This document shows, piece by piece, positions 37,586 through 51,497 of a stretch of 64,000 bases of DNA. The DNA is taken from positions 44,516,001-44,580,000 of the forward strand of contig OX597827.1 in NCBI GenBank assembly GCA_951406725.2. Reading direction: 5' to 3'. This DNA comes from Octopus vulgaris. Taxonomy: Eukaryota. The position numbers were made by a program, and so were the translations under genes. Within the stretch, counting starts at the first letter, position 1, and each line of letters opens with the position of its first letter. The notes beneath the pieces are model-generated. The model had not been told where the DNA came from. It saw nothing but the letters and a program-made list of their open reading frames with translations, and searched no databases.

Positions 37586-38324
37586 TTTCTTTAAAGTAAT
37601 TCTAGATAACTTTCCATCGGATGTACTTGTTATCTGTTCCAAGAAAACTGAAACGGTTTCAGACAAGCGTTTCCCTCTACTTGTCTCTCGATATTACAAG
37701 CGTATGGCGGGACTGGGGAAATGGGGATAATAAGATATGTTTCGACTAAATTTTACTAATCACTCTTTGTTAATAAGCTTCACATTTCCCAGTAAATGGT
37801 GATTTAATTCCCGGACATATCTGCATTGAAGAAACCATATATTCCTTACTCCACTTGTCCCTTCTCTCACAAAGAAAAAACAAAACAAACATATCTATAC
37901 ATAAAAAAAAAACCCACATAATATATGATTATGGTTGACAAAGTGTTTATGTGCCATTTTTCTGAAGAATAAAGACAAAAGAGCGTTATTAATTCTGCTA
38001 GCTGCCGTGGTGCACACCATTTAAAACGATTCCTGTATATATAATGAATGCAAAAGCTAGCTTTGACAAAGATCAGGCAAAGAAAAAAAATATTGAAAGA
38101 AAACTCCGCAAAAGAAGAAAGAATACGGCTCGCTTGCTTGGTGATAATGTCTTCGTCGCCCACCCCACCTAATGGATTCTTTGAAAACATTAAACTATAC
38201 TAGTTTCGTGTGTGAGTGTATGTGCGCATCAATGTATGTAAAATGTTCTGTAGAGTGTGTGTGTTTGTGCGTATGTGCCAATTTAAGTATATGATGCAGT
38301 GTGCCAATTTGTGTGTGTGTGTGT

Positions 38325-38329
<5 letters not shown>

Positions 38330-38364
<35 letters not shown>

Positions 38365-38600
38365 GAGCTCACTCTCGACTGACAGCAACAGCCTTTGAAG
38401 ATTAACAGAAATAGCCAGCAGTCTTTTCTACATAACTGACAAATGGATACAGCTGCACTAAAGAAGGATGAGATGAAGAGCAAGATGAAAGAGAAGAGAG
38501 AGAGAGATGAAGTGAGAGATAGAGGTGGATGGCAGAAAGAATGAAAGAAATTAGAGAAGGAAGGGTTAAAAGATAACAAACAGACACGAGAATAAAATAA
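38330..38600 (-). promoter_or_regulatory. Candidate promoter or 5' exon of a minus-strand gene
   Basis: Long pyrimidine tract, Inr-like TCAGTT (38439-38434) and TCAGTC, (CT)n, acceptor CTTCTTTAG| at 38458. Adjacent to the CpG-decay boundary. Confidence 0.4.
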
Positions 38601-38788
38601 AACTAGTTTGATTATGTTTGTTGTATAGTTTCATGGTTACGTTTTGTAGATTTTTCCTACGAACAGAAGATGCTAAGAACTAGGCCAAAAATACAAAACA
38701 CTTCCTGGATTGAACGGGAGGAAATGTAGCTAATTAAACAGTGTTAATTATATACTCACTGTAACTGTATAAATACGAGGGTGTGTGG

Positions 38789-38848
<60 letters not shown>

Positions 38849-38985
38849 ACAGATAGATAGATATGCACACATACTCATAGTGTTGCACACTCGTATGCGA
38901 GTGCCACGAATCTTATAAAAACAGAACATAGATTGAATAAATCTCGATGGGCAGAACTTGATCACAGTCAACCCTTTTATAATAA

Positions 38986-39020
<35 letters not shown>

Positions 39021-39399
39021 GCACACAAACACCAAATTCTACTGTAACAATATCAAGTACTTTCATCCGTAATATTGTCACGTGAATGTATATTTTATAC
39101 TGGTTTATGTCCTAAGAGACGACAGAAAAGGTTGTCGATAGGAAGGGCATCCGACCGTTAAACACTCAAACCATAATATTATTATTAGGGACTACATAAG
39201 TAAGAGCTTTAATTACCCCCAAATAAATTTAGAGACCAAGGAAGAAGAGGAGCTTTTTATTACGGCCACCTTTATTTTAAAAGATTGCTGCAGTGGCTTA
39301 AGCACTTTAGATTACATATAGAGCCATACATATTTTTTTTTTCATATGTTTATAGACACATAGCGCATGCTGTGTGTAATGTGACTACTTAAGTCTACA

Positions 39400-39428
39400 T
39401 ATATATATGTTTGTGTATATACAGTATG

Positions 39429-39460
<32 letters not shown>

Positions 39461-39587
39461 GCGTGTGTGTATGTATGTATATATATAGTGTGTGTGCATA
39501 TACAGTATGTATATAGCGCGTGTGTATATACAGTATGTATATATATATATATATATAGCGTGTGTGCATATACAGTATGTATATGTA

Positions 39588-39621
<34 letters not shown>

Positions 39622-39790
39622 GTGTGTATATACAGTATGTATATGTATGTGTGTGTATATATATATATATATATATAGTGTGTATATACAGTATGTATAT
39701 ATATATATATATATATACATACTGTATATACACACACATATATATATATATAAATATATATACACACACAATGTATGCATATACACAGTG
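39400..39790. repeat. Higher-order microsatellite-derived minisatellite (unit contains TACAGTATG)
   Basis: About six TACAGTATGTAT units separated by (TA)n and AG(C/T)GTGTG. One inverted unit (CATACTGTA) at ~39718. Confidence 0.85.
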
Positions 39791-41142
39791 TAGCGATAGA
39801 AGGGTAAAAGGAACTCTTGATGCATGAGAGTAAATTGTGTAATACACACACACACTTGCACAGTGAGTGCACTAGAAGCAAATAAATAATATAACTCAGG
39901 TAGGAAGAATATATGTGAGGATGCCGAGTTGAAATTACTGAGAGAGGTGGGGAAGACACACACACAATGCTGAAAGGTCACAAGAATTATTAATTATGTA
40001 AATTTTGAAATAAAAACGTTTACTCTCTCTCTCTCTCTCTCTCTGTCTTTCCGGATATTTTATCTTGCGATTTTGAGATGTGTGTGTAAATTTATCTTTT
40101 CATTGCAAAAATAAGGCAAAATTTTAAAGGATCAAACTGAAAATTTTATCAATTGAAAAATAACCTAAATAAAAATTCAGAATTATATTTAGAAATTTAA
40201 AAAGAATATAAACAAAAATGCTCACAAACATGCATATTTGTGTGTCTGTAAACACACACGCACACTAATATATATATATATATATATATACGCGATCTCA
40301 TACACACTATACACAAACCGATCAAAGTGATATTTTAAAAAGAAAAAAATAATTTCGTAAGCAAATCGATGTCTTTGTATTTAAAGCTCATTTGTTATGC
40401 GATAATTTCGGAATATATTTTGGAAACACGGAACATTAAAATCGATAGCGTAATTAAGATTCCTCGATTAGGTTGCTAACGGGCATTGAAATATCACCAG
40501 ACACTGAAACCAACCAAATTTTTGACGATGCAGGAAAGAAGCAAGAACCAAAACAAAATTTTAAAAAAAATTCTAAGCAAAAACAAAATATAACTATTTC
40601 AAATTAGAGATATATCTTATCAAAATGCCTTTTTATAAATTATTTATAAATTAACAATTATGCTCATTTATATTCCAAGTTCAAATCTCGCTGAGGTCGA
40701 TAAAATGAAAAGAACTGATAAAATTAACCTAATGCAAAATGAATTCTTGCGCCGCTCTATATGCAAGAAAACATTACTATCAACATCATTATTTTATGGT
40801 GATCGTTAAGTGTAATACATTAGTTTTAAGATATTCCAATCCAGAATGTAAATGCCACCACTAGCATCAACCATCCCTCAAATAGACGACAAATTAAAAT
40901 ACCAGTAACGTTGATGATGTACTTGTTAGCTTAACAACTGGTTTAAGAGAGATACCAAGAGATATTCAGCATTGTTTAAAAGGAAAGATAAAAACCGACA
41001 TTAATTATTGCCTTTCATCTTTCCGGGGTCGATAATAAAGTACTTGTCAAGTACCAGAGTCAATGGTGTCGACCAATCCTCTCTCTTCAAAACCGCAGGC
41101 ATTGTGTTCTTACTCAGAAACTATCTTCATCATTATTAATAT

Positions 41143-42445
41143 GGCGGCGAGCTGGCAGAAATCGTTAAAGCGTCAGAAAAAAACCCAATGTCATGCGGCT
41201 TTTCTTCCGGCTCATTATGTTCTTGAGTTCGAATCCCGCCGAGGTCAGCTTTTGCCTTACATCCTTTCTGAGGTTCAAATTCCGCCGAGGTCGACTTTGC
41301 CTTTCATCCTTTCGGAGTCGATGAAACAAGTACCAATTGAATACTGAGGTTGATGCAATCGACTAGACCCCGCCCCCACCAAAAAAAAAATTCAGCCTTT
41401 GTGCCTATAATAGAAAGGATTATAATTCGGAGGAGGGTCTTCCGAAATGCGTGTATTACATTCTAAACTACAATAAAATTCTCTACACATGTTCTTAATT
41501 AACAAAAGAGTAATAAAAAAAAAACTTAAATACCAAGAACGAAAATCTAAAGCAATCCAATCACTATCAGTAACACCTCAACAACAAAACACCGGATATT
41601 ACTTCTATGATAAGAATGTCTGCAACCCATCCAAAACTTTTTTTTTTTATGCTAAGCATCATGCCAACAACACTCACGCAGGTACGCACACACATACAAT
41701 GAGTTTAGAATCCTTTCATTCTCACAATGTACAAATTAACGAGCCGTCTCAGAAAGAAAAAGAGGACATGTTGTTAATCTGTTCCTGTTGTATAGCGAGC
41801 ACCTAAGAAGAAAATACAATAATCCTAAGGTACAAGGTCCGAAATTTTGAAAGTAGGTATTATCCGATTACGTCGACCTCAGCGCTCAATTGGGTACTTA
41901 TTTTATCGACTACCGAAAGGATGAAAGGCAAAGTCGACCTCGGCAGAATTTGAACCCAGAATTTAAAGACGGAACGAAGTGCCACTAAGCATTTTTCTAG
42001 CGTGCTAATGATTCTGCAAGCTTGTCCTCTTCAATAAAAATAATTCCTTCTACTAACGGCACAAAGCATGAATTTTTTTTTTTTTTTTTTTGCAGGGTGG
42101 GGGATAGTACATTACATTGACCCTATTGTTTCACAGGTACTTAATCTAACGACCTCGAGAGGATGAAAGACAATCGACCACGGCGGAATTTGAATTCAGA
42201 ACGTAGCGACAGGCGAAATACCTATTTCTATTTCTTTACTACCCACAAGGGGCTAAACACAGAGGAGACAAACAATGACAGACAGACGGACTTAAGTCGA
42301 TTATATCGACCCCAGTGCATAACTGGTACTTAACTTATCGATCCCGAAAAGATGAAAGGCAAAGTCGACCTCGGCGGAATTTGAACTCAGAACGTAACAG
42401 CAGACGAAATACCACTAAGCATCTCGCCCGGCTTGTTAGCCGCCT
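41143..42445. mobile_element. Cluster of SINE B copies: 41143-41424 (+, internal ~50-bp duplication), ~41826-42030 (-), ~42045-42225 (-), ~42225-42445 (-, variant tail)
   Basis: Shared core TTCCGCCGAGGTCGACTTTGCCTTTCATCCTTTCGG in both orientations. Confidence 0.85.
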
Positions 42446-42802
42446 TCAATACATAATGATGATGATGATGTCGAAGGTACAGAGCCATTTAGATTAACAA
42501 CAGCTGACATAACTTTCAACAGAAAGTATAGAAATATCCGAGCCTGCCTGGTTGGGTTCCAGCAATTTTCATGGTAATAATGGTCCGATAATATCCGTGA
42601 TTGTAATAAGCGGCTTCTACTGTATAAATGCATCTGACAAAGATATAGAACCTGAAATTTGAAGTGAAACTGAGGAGCGAGTTAGTATTTGCGTTATATA
42701 CTGCCGTGGTACGTTTTGCAATTAATTGAGTGTAGGATCGAAGTTCTTTAAGTGCTGGTAAAACAATTAATAGTATAAATTGTTCCCACCAACTCGACAA
42801 CA

Positions 42803-43160
42803 ACTCACAGCGCCGCATAACATACATAAAGAACAATGAGACACGGAGTCAATAGCTTTTAAGATATTCACCTCCACAAACATATTTACAACACCACCTA
42901 GATTTTACTTCCCTGAAGCATACAAATTAACTTTTGAGAGATATTAATTCCTAATTTCTTGAATGATCTCAAGTTTCAAGCAACTTAACGAAAACACTAC
43001 TCACAGCGCAACAGAGTGCTCAACAATAATAGATAGTGTCAATAGTTTTCAAGATATTCACCTCGAAAGACACTGATTCTAAAACAACAGACGAGACTTT
43101 TCGTTCCCCGAAGCCATGCAAATTAACTTCGAGATTAATCTAATTCTTTGAAATTATCTC
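42803..43160. repeat. Diverged ~196-bp tandem duplication
   Basis: ACTCACAGCGC, GTCAATAG.TTT.AAGATATTCACCTC and CAAATTAACTT each occur twice in the same order. Confidence 0.7.
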
Positions 43161-43289
43161 CCCTTATTATTAACATCCTCACCAAAAATATATTGTACAC
43201 AAATTCCATATTATATCGATTTCAAAATTTCCCACAAAATTTCAAGCCTTGTTCCTAGAAAAAATAAGATTATTATTAATTATTATTAA

Positions 43290-43497
43290 GGCGGCGAGCT
43301 GGCAGAACCGTTAGCACGCCGGGCAAAATGCTTAGCGTATTTCGTTCGACCATACTGTTTTAAGTTCAAATTCCGCCGAGGTTGACTTTGCCTATCATCC
43401 TTTCGGGGTCGATAAATTAAATACCAGTTGCGTACTAGGATCGATCAAATCGACTGCCCCTCCCTCCCAAAATTTCAGGTCCTTAAAGGATTATTAT
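43290..43497 (+). mobile_element. Full-length SINE family B (tRNA head, Meta-domain-like core, (ATT)n end)
   Basis: GGCGGCGAGCTGGCAGAACCGTTAG (A box), AAGTTCAAATTCC (B box), GACTTTGCCTATCATCCTTTCGGGGTCGATAAATTAAATACCAG. Confidence 0.88.
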
Positions 43498-43613
43498 CAT
43501 GGCGGCGAGCTGGTAGAACCTTCAGTACGCCGGAACAAAATGCTTAGTGGCATTTCGTCCGTCTTTCATCCTTTTGGGGATGATAAAATAAGCACCAGTT
43601 GAGAACAAAGATC

Positions 43614-44025
43614 GGATCTTTTCGGTTTGAACGCAGTTTTTTCTAGCGGTGTCATATGAAATTGTCACCCATAATTATGAACCTAGTATCGATCTATTGC
43701 ATTTCAATCTATTTTAGGGTTAGGGGAGGGGGGAAGGGTATCTTTTTTTTTCTTCACAAATGTAAATAAACCCAATCTGTTTCTTAAACGAGGGACATAT
43801 TCATACGGCACATAATGTTGTTTACCTCAATGGACGTCAGTGATTGGTTGAAATTGCAGAAACTGAAGAGAAAAACAACAAATATCTTATAACCTATAAA
43901 ATTTTCTCAATAAAGCCAAGAGAAAAAGATGTTTTATAAACACATTCTACAAGTATATGAAGTTTAAAATTTTTTAAGTTACCTAGAAATTATGTTAAAA
44001 ACTGCCGTTCAAACCGAAAAGATCC
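43614..44025. mobile_element. MITE with ~28-bp TIRs and 8-bp TSD (Merlin- or hAT-like), nested in a SINE B copy (43501-44105)
   Basis: TIRs GGATCTTTTCGGTTTGAACG-CAGTTTT and AAAACTGCCGTTCAAACCGAAAAGATCC. TSD CAAAGATC at 43606-43613 and 44026-44033. Confidence 0.92.
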
Positions 44026-45933
44026 CAAAGATCAATGTAATAAATTTACCCCTCCCAGAAATTACTGACCTTGTGCCCAATTTTGAAATTCAGTATTATT
44101 ATTATTCGCACAGCAATTTATCATGTCACCCTTTTACTTAGTTCTCCAAATCTATGTCATACTACTCCATTTTAGTTATTTCCCTTAACTCACGATTGGT
44201 CATACAAGTATTTGTCAACTGAAAGGAATGATCTCGTGATAATATTGTTAAGTACATCAAGTGACAGTATTCTTCTTATCCGTCGATAAAATAACAACAA
44301 AGAGATATCGTCTCCCGTCTCCAGCACTTAACTGGTAATTTACTTTATCGAGCTCACAACGATGAAAGATAAAGTCAGCTCGGGACTAGATTTGTACTTA
44401 GAACATAATGGGTAGGAGAAATCGTTGGTTTTTATAACTTCTAGACCATAAGGCAAATTTAAAGCTTAGCAATGGTTCTGTCAAATTCAAATCTAAAATT
44501 ACTGTAATTAATGGAGAAAGGACACATAGTGAACGGCAGACGCTCGGTTGTGACCATTAGAATAGCGACTGAGCAGTCGCACTACTCAAATTTGACCTAA
44601 CTGCGTTCAACAGGGAAAGCCTTTTTATAAGACCTGCTCAATTAGGGCTAATGAACAAGGGCCAATATTACCACAAGTATTTGCAAAGATGTGGCCTCAT
44701 CACGGCCTGTTTTCGGAGTCCCTTTGATTTGTACCTTATTCCTGGTAATAACTCCTTCCAAAATCCTATCTTAATGAATTTTTGTAGGAATCACGGAGAA
44801 TAAAAAAAATAAGTTTTTATTTCCGTTGATTTTTTTTTCTTTTTTACTAGATAATTATGAGGACATTGCAAATTAGAAGAATAAAAGCCTTCTCAACGAG
44901 ATTTTTGAGAAAGCAGACGATCGACCCCATCCCGCCACGCTGCTGAAAAACGAATGATAAAGTGTCGGCACATCCATTTGATCTCAAATGAACAGAGGAA
45001 TCGATACTAGATATCGATCGAACGAGAACATTGTTCAACCATACAAATTACAAATAGCTGGTACTGAAATTTTTATCTGCTGGGAAATGAAGAAGTTATG
45101 GCTTCAAAGAAAATAAGCCGAAAATTCGGTTTGTTTAAGTAGGGAAATTAAGAATCGGGGAAAGCTGTGAAATGCTCATATTTCAAGAAATTTTGTCAAA
45201 AAGTCGACCTCAACATACTTTTTTTTTTCCAGGTCAAAATACCATACTCGCTACTAAATACATTCCATATAATTCCATGGAAGCAAGTCTAAGAAAATTA
45301 TTCTACGTGGTTAACAATGTGTGTGTGGATGATTGAAAAAAAATTTACATATATTGTTTTTACTTTAAAAAAAAAGTATCCTAAGTTAACGACCGTATGC
45401 TATATAACACTGTAACAGCTGCTGTATGAAAATATACTACATACTTTACGAAAATATGAGTTTAAAATACAGAAAGGAGAATCAATTGTCGCAACTGAAG
45501 GTCGTCACCACCACCGACTTGTAAAGACTAATGCGACAGTTGCTCATCAAGTGTTCACTTTTGGAGGGAAAAAAGAAGGCGAAAGGTAAAATGAGGGTGG
45601 AGACCAGTTCAAATGTTTGAAACAGAAGGAACTCTAAAATTCGGACCCCCTTGTGCTATTTATTAACCCATTTGGTTTGGCCGATAGAAAGTGTGCAACC
45701 TACTTGATATGCACCTCTTGAATAATTTTAGGTGTGCAACCTACGGGACAAGGGGATTTCCAGAATGCACGACGTGCATCGCCCAATCTGTTCGGTCACA
45801 GCAAGCACGAATGGCCTAAATTGAAAAGATACAGCGTGTGTGTGTGTGTTTAAAATGACGCTATTCAGCTACTACCGCCATCCTGCTAACGATCCAAAGC
45901 CAATAAGAAATATATAAACAGATGGCTGCCTAA

Positions 45934-46316
45934 TCTCTCTATATATAAACGGCAGTTTGTCTGTGCGTGTTACTGTGTGTCTGTTTGCTCGTACCCTCAC
46001 CCTGACCACGGCTTTCAACCGATTCTGATGAAACTTGACACACACAAAGCCCAATGTCATAATTCAAAACTAACGCAGCGAAAATTTTGAAAAGTTCCCC
46101 CAGTTCTGAAAAAAATCGATAAATTCGATATGGGGTCGAGAATCAGAAACACAAACCGCAAACTGTCTAGGGGACGCAACTCCACCTTTTTTAACTAAAA
46201 AAAAAATTTACCATCATTTTTTCCCATTTTTTTGCTGTTTTTTGGCTATAACTCTCTAAAAATGCTTTATAGTTATTTCCCTTACAAACCTGAGCAACGC
46301 CGGGCGATACTGCTAG
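45934..46316 (+). mobile_element. Non-autonomous Helitron
   Basis: A|TCTCTCTATATATAA 5' end, subterminal hairpin CCTGAGCAACGCCGGG, CTAG|T 3' end, no TSD. Confidence 0.85.
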
Positions 46317-47982
46317 TCAAATATAAAGAAAACTTCTTGGTGAAATCTGGAGCTATATATTCTAGTGTGTGTGTGTGTGCGCGCACACACACACACACAC
46401 AGATGAGAGAGATCAGTTTGAACAATACCATCGTCCTACGGACATGGCTTGCGTTAACTACTTTCAAACGAATAAATAAAATTATAATTTTTGTAACTAT
46501 CAACCTTACATTCAGAAAGATGTAAATATTGAAACATTGTTTCATTTCTAAAAACAAAAATAAAATGAGCTGTTATAATCCTTATCTCATAAGCTGTGTT
46601 AGTTTAAATATGCGGAGTTGACAGTAGGTGATCTTGTTTAAGAGAAATAAAGACGCAAAAAAAAGAAGAAAAAGTATATGCTTCTTTTTCTTCCTGACTG
46701 ACCTAATTCACTTTTAAAATGCTGTTTCAAACAGACGATACATAAAAATACGTGACTACCAAAATTAACATCAACGATAGGTGCTGATAGAAGAGAAAAC
46801 TCAACTGAGGCAACGGCTGGGGCAGTGGGAGCACTAACGCTAAGCACGACTGCACTATAGTTTCGAACACGCAACGCAAAGGCTAAGCAAATAGTAGAAA
46901 CTATTGCTCAATTTGACAGGAGGCCAAAAGAAGAGCTGGCACAGGCATTTGAATGAAAGGTCACCAGTTCACGTAAATGTCTAGAAGTTAAAATCAATGC
47001 TGGACAAATTCGAGCTCGGGGTAGTAAAACTAGTTCAGTCCAACCTCTTAGAGTTCCTGAAAAATTGATGCTACATACAGAGTATAGAAGAATGGCAGGC
47101 AATGCGTACTCCGAAGTGGACTTAACCAAACCCTTGCCTTCGACTGGTGTTTACTTTAGAGACCCTAGAAAGAGAGGAGAATACTGCAAGCGCTCTACCA
47201 ATTGTCATCTATCTACTTCGTATCACAAATTTAGGGTGAGGAATTGAAATTGATTAAATCATAGTACTTGGCTGGTAACTCATTTTATCTATCTGGGATA
47301 AGGGACAAAATAAGAGACTTAAGTGGACCCACCCCCACATTCCGACGTAAAGCTCAATATATGCTCCTCCATATCAAAATCCTTTCCGACCAACAAAAAA
47401 CCTCCAAGGAAATGACACTCGAGATAATACAGTCCTTGACATTCCCCCAACTCCCACAAAAATAAAAACCGGATACTCAAAACTGAAATGCCTTTGATCG
47501 TAGTCCTATACTATCAGACTTGATCCGGGTCTATACAACCACCACCACGAACCACTTGTGTGATACAATGGTCGACGCTCATGTAGTCTTTTATTTCTCA
47601 ACAATTTGAGAAGGAAAACATTAAATGCATTTCTGCTTTGCTTAAACCAACTTATTTTTGTTCCAGTTTTATATCTGCGTCGTCTGGTGCCACATTGTGA
47701 AATGCAAAATTTTTCATGTGGGAAACAGTAAACGACATGGCAAATGAGAGGAGATCGAAGAAAAACATGAACTATTTCTTGCGCTTACATTTTAACACAC
47801 ACCAATTGTTTACAAGTATTTTTTCTCAGTAAACTATCATTTGAGCGTGCTTTATATATATATAAACTTACACATAGGTCATACACACACATACATACAC
47901 GAGCTGCATAATAAACTTACTACATAGGACACACGCAAGTGTATTTTCAAATTCAAAGTAATAATAGTGTGTGTATGAATAT

Positions 47983-48031
<49 letters not shown>

Positions 48032-48249
48032 AACAGGCACACACATACACGCATCAATATATAAACACGTGTTTGTATTAAGATACCAAGAAAACAGTTT
48101 AGCTGGCAAGTTCTTTCAAGTCGTATCAAAACCATTTAACCAACAAGAGAGAAAATAAAATTAAAGAAAGAAATAAAAACAACCCCAAAAACTCAGCATT
48201 ATTATTATTACTACACACGTGTATCTTTCCCAGTATTAATAAATTTACA

Positions 48250-48560
48250 TACGACCTGTATCTCCGGTCTAAAACACCGCCCTTTTTTCAAGCGCGGACA
48301 ACGCAACACAAGGAAAGAAAAGAGAAGAGACAGAGCCACGGTTAGAAATGCCCTACTTTAAATAGATTAACGCGCGCACACACACACACAGAGAAGGGCG
48401 CGGGCACCTACCTTACCTATTACCCCCTCAGACTGACTGCATGTCTGTATTTCCTCCTCCTCTCCAAGCACTTACACGAACACAGAGGTATATTACTGTG
48501 TTACATGTGTGTGTGTGTGAAACAGTGAAAAAGAAGGTAGTCAGTCAATGATCGACAACA
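48250..48560 (-). promoter_or_regulatory. Candidate upstream first exon/promoter segment
   Basis: CpG-rich unique sequence, Inr-like TCAGTC at ~48436, donors TAG|GTAAGG (48416) and GTAAGT (~48475). Confidence 0.35.
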
Positions 48561-49899
48561 TAGCAACAATAAACTTGCAATTTATGCACGCACGCACACA
48601 CACACATACATACATACATATGTATGTATGTATTTTTGCAAAAATAGATTTCAAGGAAAACGAAGGATGATGACCGACGATAACCGAGAAAGCGTTAAAC
48701 GATTAAAAATTACTTGCAGGATATCGCACAGAATAGATATATCACACACACACATACATACATGTATGGAGTTCTCAAATGAGTTTGAAGCACTCAATAC
48801 ACGTAATAGAGTGTATTCATTCGCAGTTGGCAATAACTTGGAATGATTCGATACTCGCTTTAAAAACAAAAATTTGTTTGGTTTTTTTTCCTCCCGTTTC
48901 GCTCAGAAATAAATATACGCACACACAAACAATACGTAGATATAAACCAAAACATTACACATACACACAAAATACATAAACACAACTATGACAAAATTCT
49001 TAATTAGGTACATACTACATATTAATACACGTACACATTCCACATAGCTACACACTAGTTTCACACACACACAAGCATTACATGTGTACTTATTGTACCA
49101 CAGCAAACACAATACTCAATAAATACACCCGGCTTTCTGCATGTATGCATTGTTCGTGTCTGTTTTAAACCTGATTTCAAACCCGTAACGAAACGTTTCG
49201 TGCAAGTAGTCCTGTTTGGCGAGCTGACTGTATCCACACACACAAACAACCATAATTCGAAATGATTACGGTTTTTAAGTAACACTGACATTGAACAGAG
49301 AATTATGGACTTAAAAAGAAGAAAGAATCAGCTATTAATACACACTTATCATACGTGTGCACATATACATATTCACACACGCACCAACACACATAGCTAA
49401 TACATATATGTGTGTGTGTCTATGTGAGTAGATAGATATATGGGTAGATAGATAGATAGATAGATAGGTAGGTAGACAATGATAATAGAATATATATATA
49501 TATATGGATACATTTACAATACTCAGTGTATTTAAATGTTTGGTTGGTTGGCACTTGGCACTTACAAATATCAAATACAATAGATTTTAATTTTTTTACT
49601 AACGTTTATTTCATATATACATAAAATTTGTCTCCACTATGTACACAGCAACACATACATACACACACACATGTATATGCATACATAAAACACACACACA
49701 TATGCATACATAAAACACACATGTATATGCATACATAAAACACACACGCACATATATATCTATAACACAAGAAAAAATTTCTAAAACTCAGTAACCTCGA
49801 CCAACTTAAAGCAAAACAATATATATATATATATGTTATAGCAAATAAGAGTGGTAAACGCGGTAGTTAGGGAAAAACAAAACATCAACAACAAAAAAA

Positions 49900-50240
49900 T
49901 AAATTCCACGTTTGAAAAATCTGCAAAAATTTAAGAAGTGGAAGTGAAGAAGAAATGGCGACAAGCGATGGCAGCAGTGGCGGTGGGTGAGAGAGGATAG
50001 ATAGGTTTTAATAGAATAGACGGCGAATAATGGGCTCCATTTTTACCATTTGAGCTGCTTTATGAACGAAATGGAGGAAGACCAAAAAGTAAAGCGAACT
50101 GTGATAGGAATAAAGGCGACAAAAACTGACTGACTGACTGACTATGGAGAAGGAACAAGGAAGGCAAAAAGGAAGGGTTTTTTTACAAACAGAGAATAGA
50201 AAATTGGGGTGTGTGAAAAGACTCGAAGCTTGCAACCCCT
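49900..50240 (-). promoter_or_regulatory. Candidate TSS/5'UTR segment
   Basis: (TCAG)n Inr-like array at ~50125-50142 followed by pyrimidine-rich, CpG-containing UTR-like sequence. Confidence 0.3.
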
Positions 50241-50635
50241 GTTGCCCTTTTTCTATTTACAGAAACATCAACGTAAACACACTCATTTTTATATGAGATA
50301 AGGATAGATGCACACACACACATACATATATATATATATGTATAACAGAGAGGAAAAGATGTGTAGATATAGAAAACAAATTCTCTCATACTAGTGTATT
50401 TAACATAATAAACACAAAGCTATGAGTGTATATATATATATATATACATACATAAAAGGATAAATAGACATACACACGCATACCCAGTATATAGATGAAA
50501 CAGATGCATATATATGCACACATGATATATGATAGGAAGGGATGAAAGTGCGCGTGTGTATAAACAGGGTTCTCGCAATCTGGGGTTCATAACGAAATAT
50601 GATAAACACACTAAGTTTTCTTATACATACATCTT

Positions 50636-50669
<34 letters not shown>

Positions 50670-51357
50670 GGGGATTTCTGGTTGTATGTACATGTGTTAC
50701 TGTATATTATGCACGCATTTACAATTCTTCCGTTTGGAGTGCGTGTATAAAACACGAGCGTTTATATATATAAGTGTGTGTGTGTACTAAGGTATGACTA
50801 TGATATTTGGTTTAAAGCAGATGGTGGTGGTGGTGGTGGCAGAGACGAGTTTTGGGAAGAAAGAAAGCAACTCCGACGCTCTCCAACACAACAAATCGAT
50901 TTTAAACCAAATAAAAAATAAAGAAAACTGAACTACAAATACTCACTAGCTAACACGAATCCCAATTCCAAAAGTACGGTAAGCGAACAGAAACAACGAC
51001 CGACTGAACAAACCAGGGCATTCATACTCCTTCCATAAAACCATCACAATCATCATCGTGTGTAAATTAAATCATCATTATTATTATTTTGAGCGAATAT
51101 CTGAGTCGCCCGCCCAGATGCCGGGTCCCCCCCTCCAACGAAAAAAAACAAGCACCTTTCAACCTATTTATTTATTACCTACCAGTAAAATCCCACACAA
51201 ACAAGACCACAACAAAAAACCACACATTAATCGTCTTTAAGAACAGAATAAACAAATAATAATACAAATCTATGCATTGTACGTTGCAGATAGTAAACAT
51301 GGACATACGGAAAAGACGAGACAGTCACGACTGGATACACTTTTGATTGTGTGTGTG

Positions 51358-51397
<40 letters not shown>

Positions 51398-51454
51398 TCA
51401 AGGGGCCCGCAGGTTGAGTGCTGACCTGGGGCGAAAAAACACGCAAACACCCAC

Positions 51455-51497
<43 letters not shown>

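Noticed and set aside
39400-39790. Regularly spaced repeats as a CRISPR-like array
   Set aside because: Eukaryotic context, the spacers are (TA)n rather than unique sequence, and there are no cas genes.
42585-42624. pogo/Tigger-like TIR (minus strand TACAGTAGAAGCCGCTTATTACAATCACGG)
   Set aside because: Only one end was found, so the element cannot be delimited.
46638-46874. 78-aa ORF with protein-like composition
   Set aside because: No true ATG start, weak donor, no recognisable domain.
49188-49201. Perfect 14-bp palindrome ACGAAACGTTTCGT
   Set aside because: A few palindromes of this length are expected by chance in 64 kb, and there is no supporting context.
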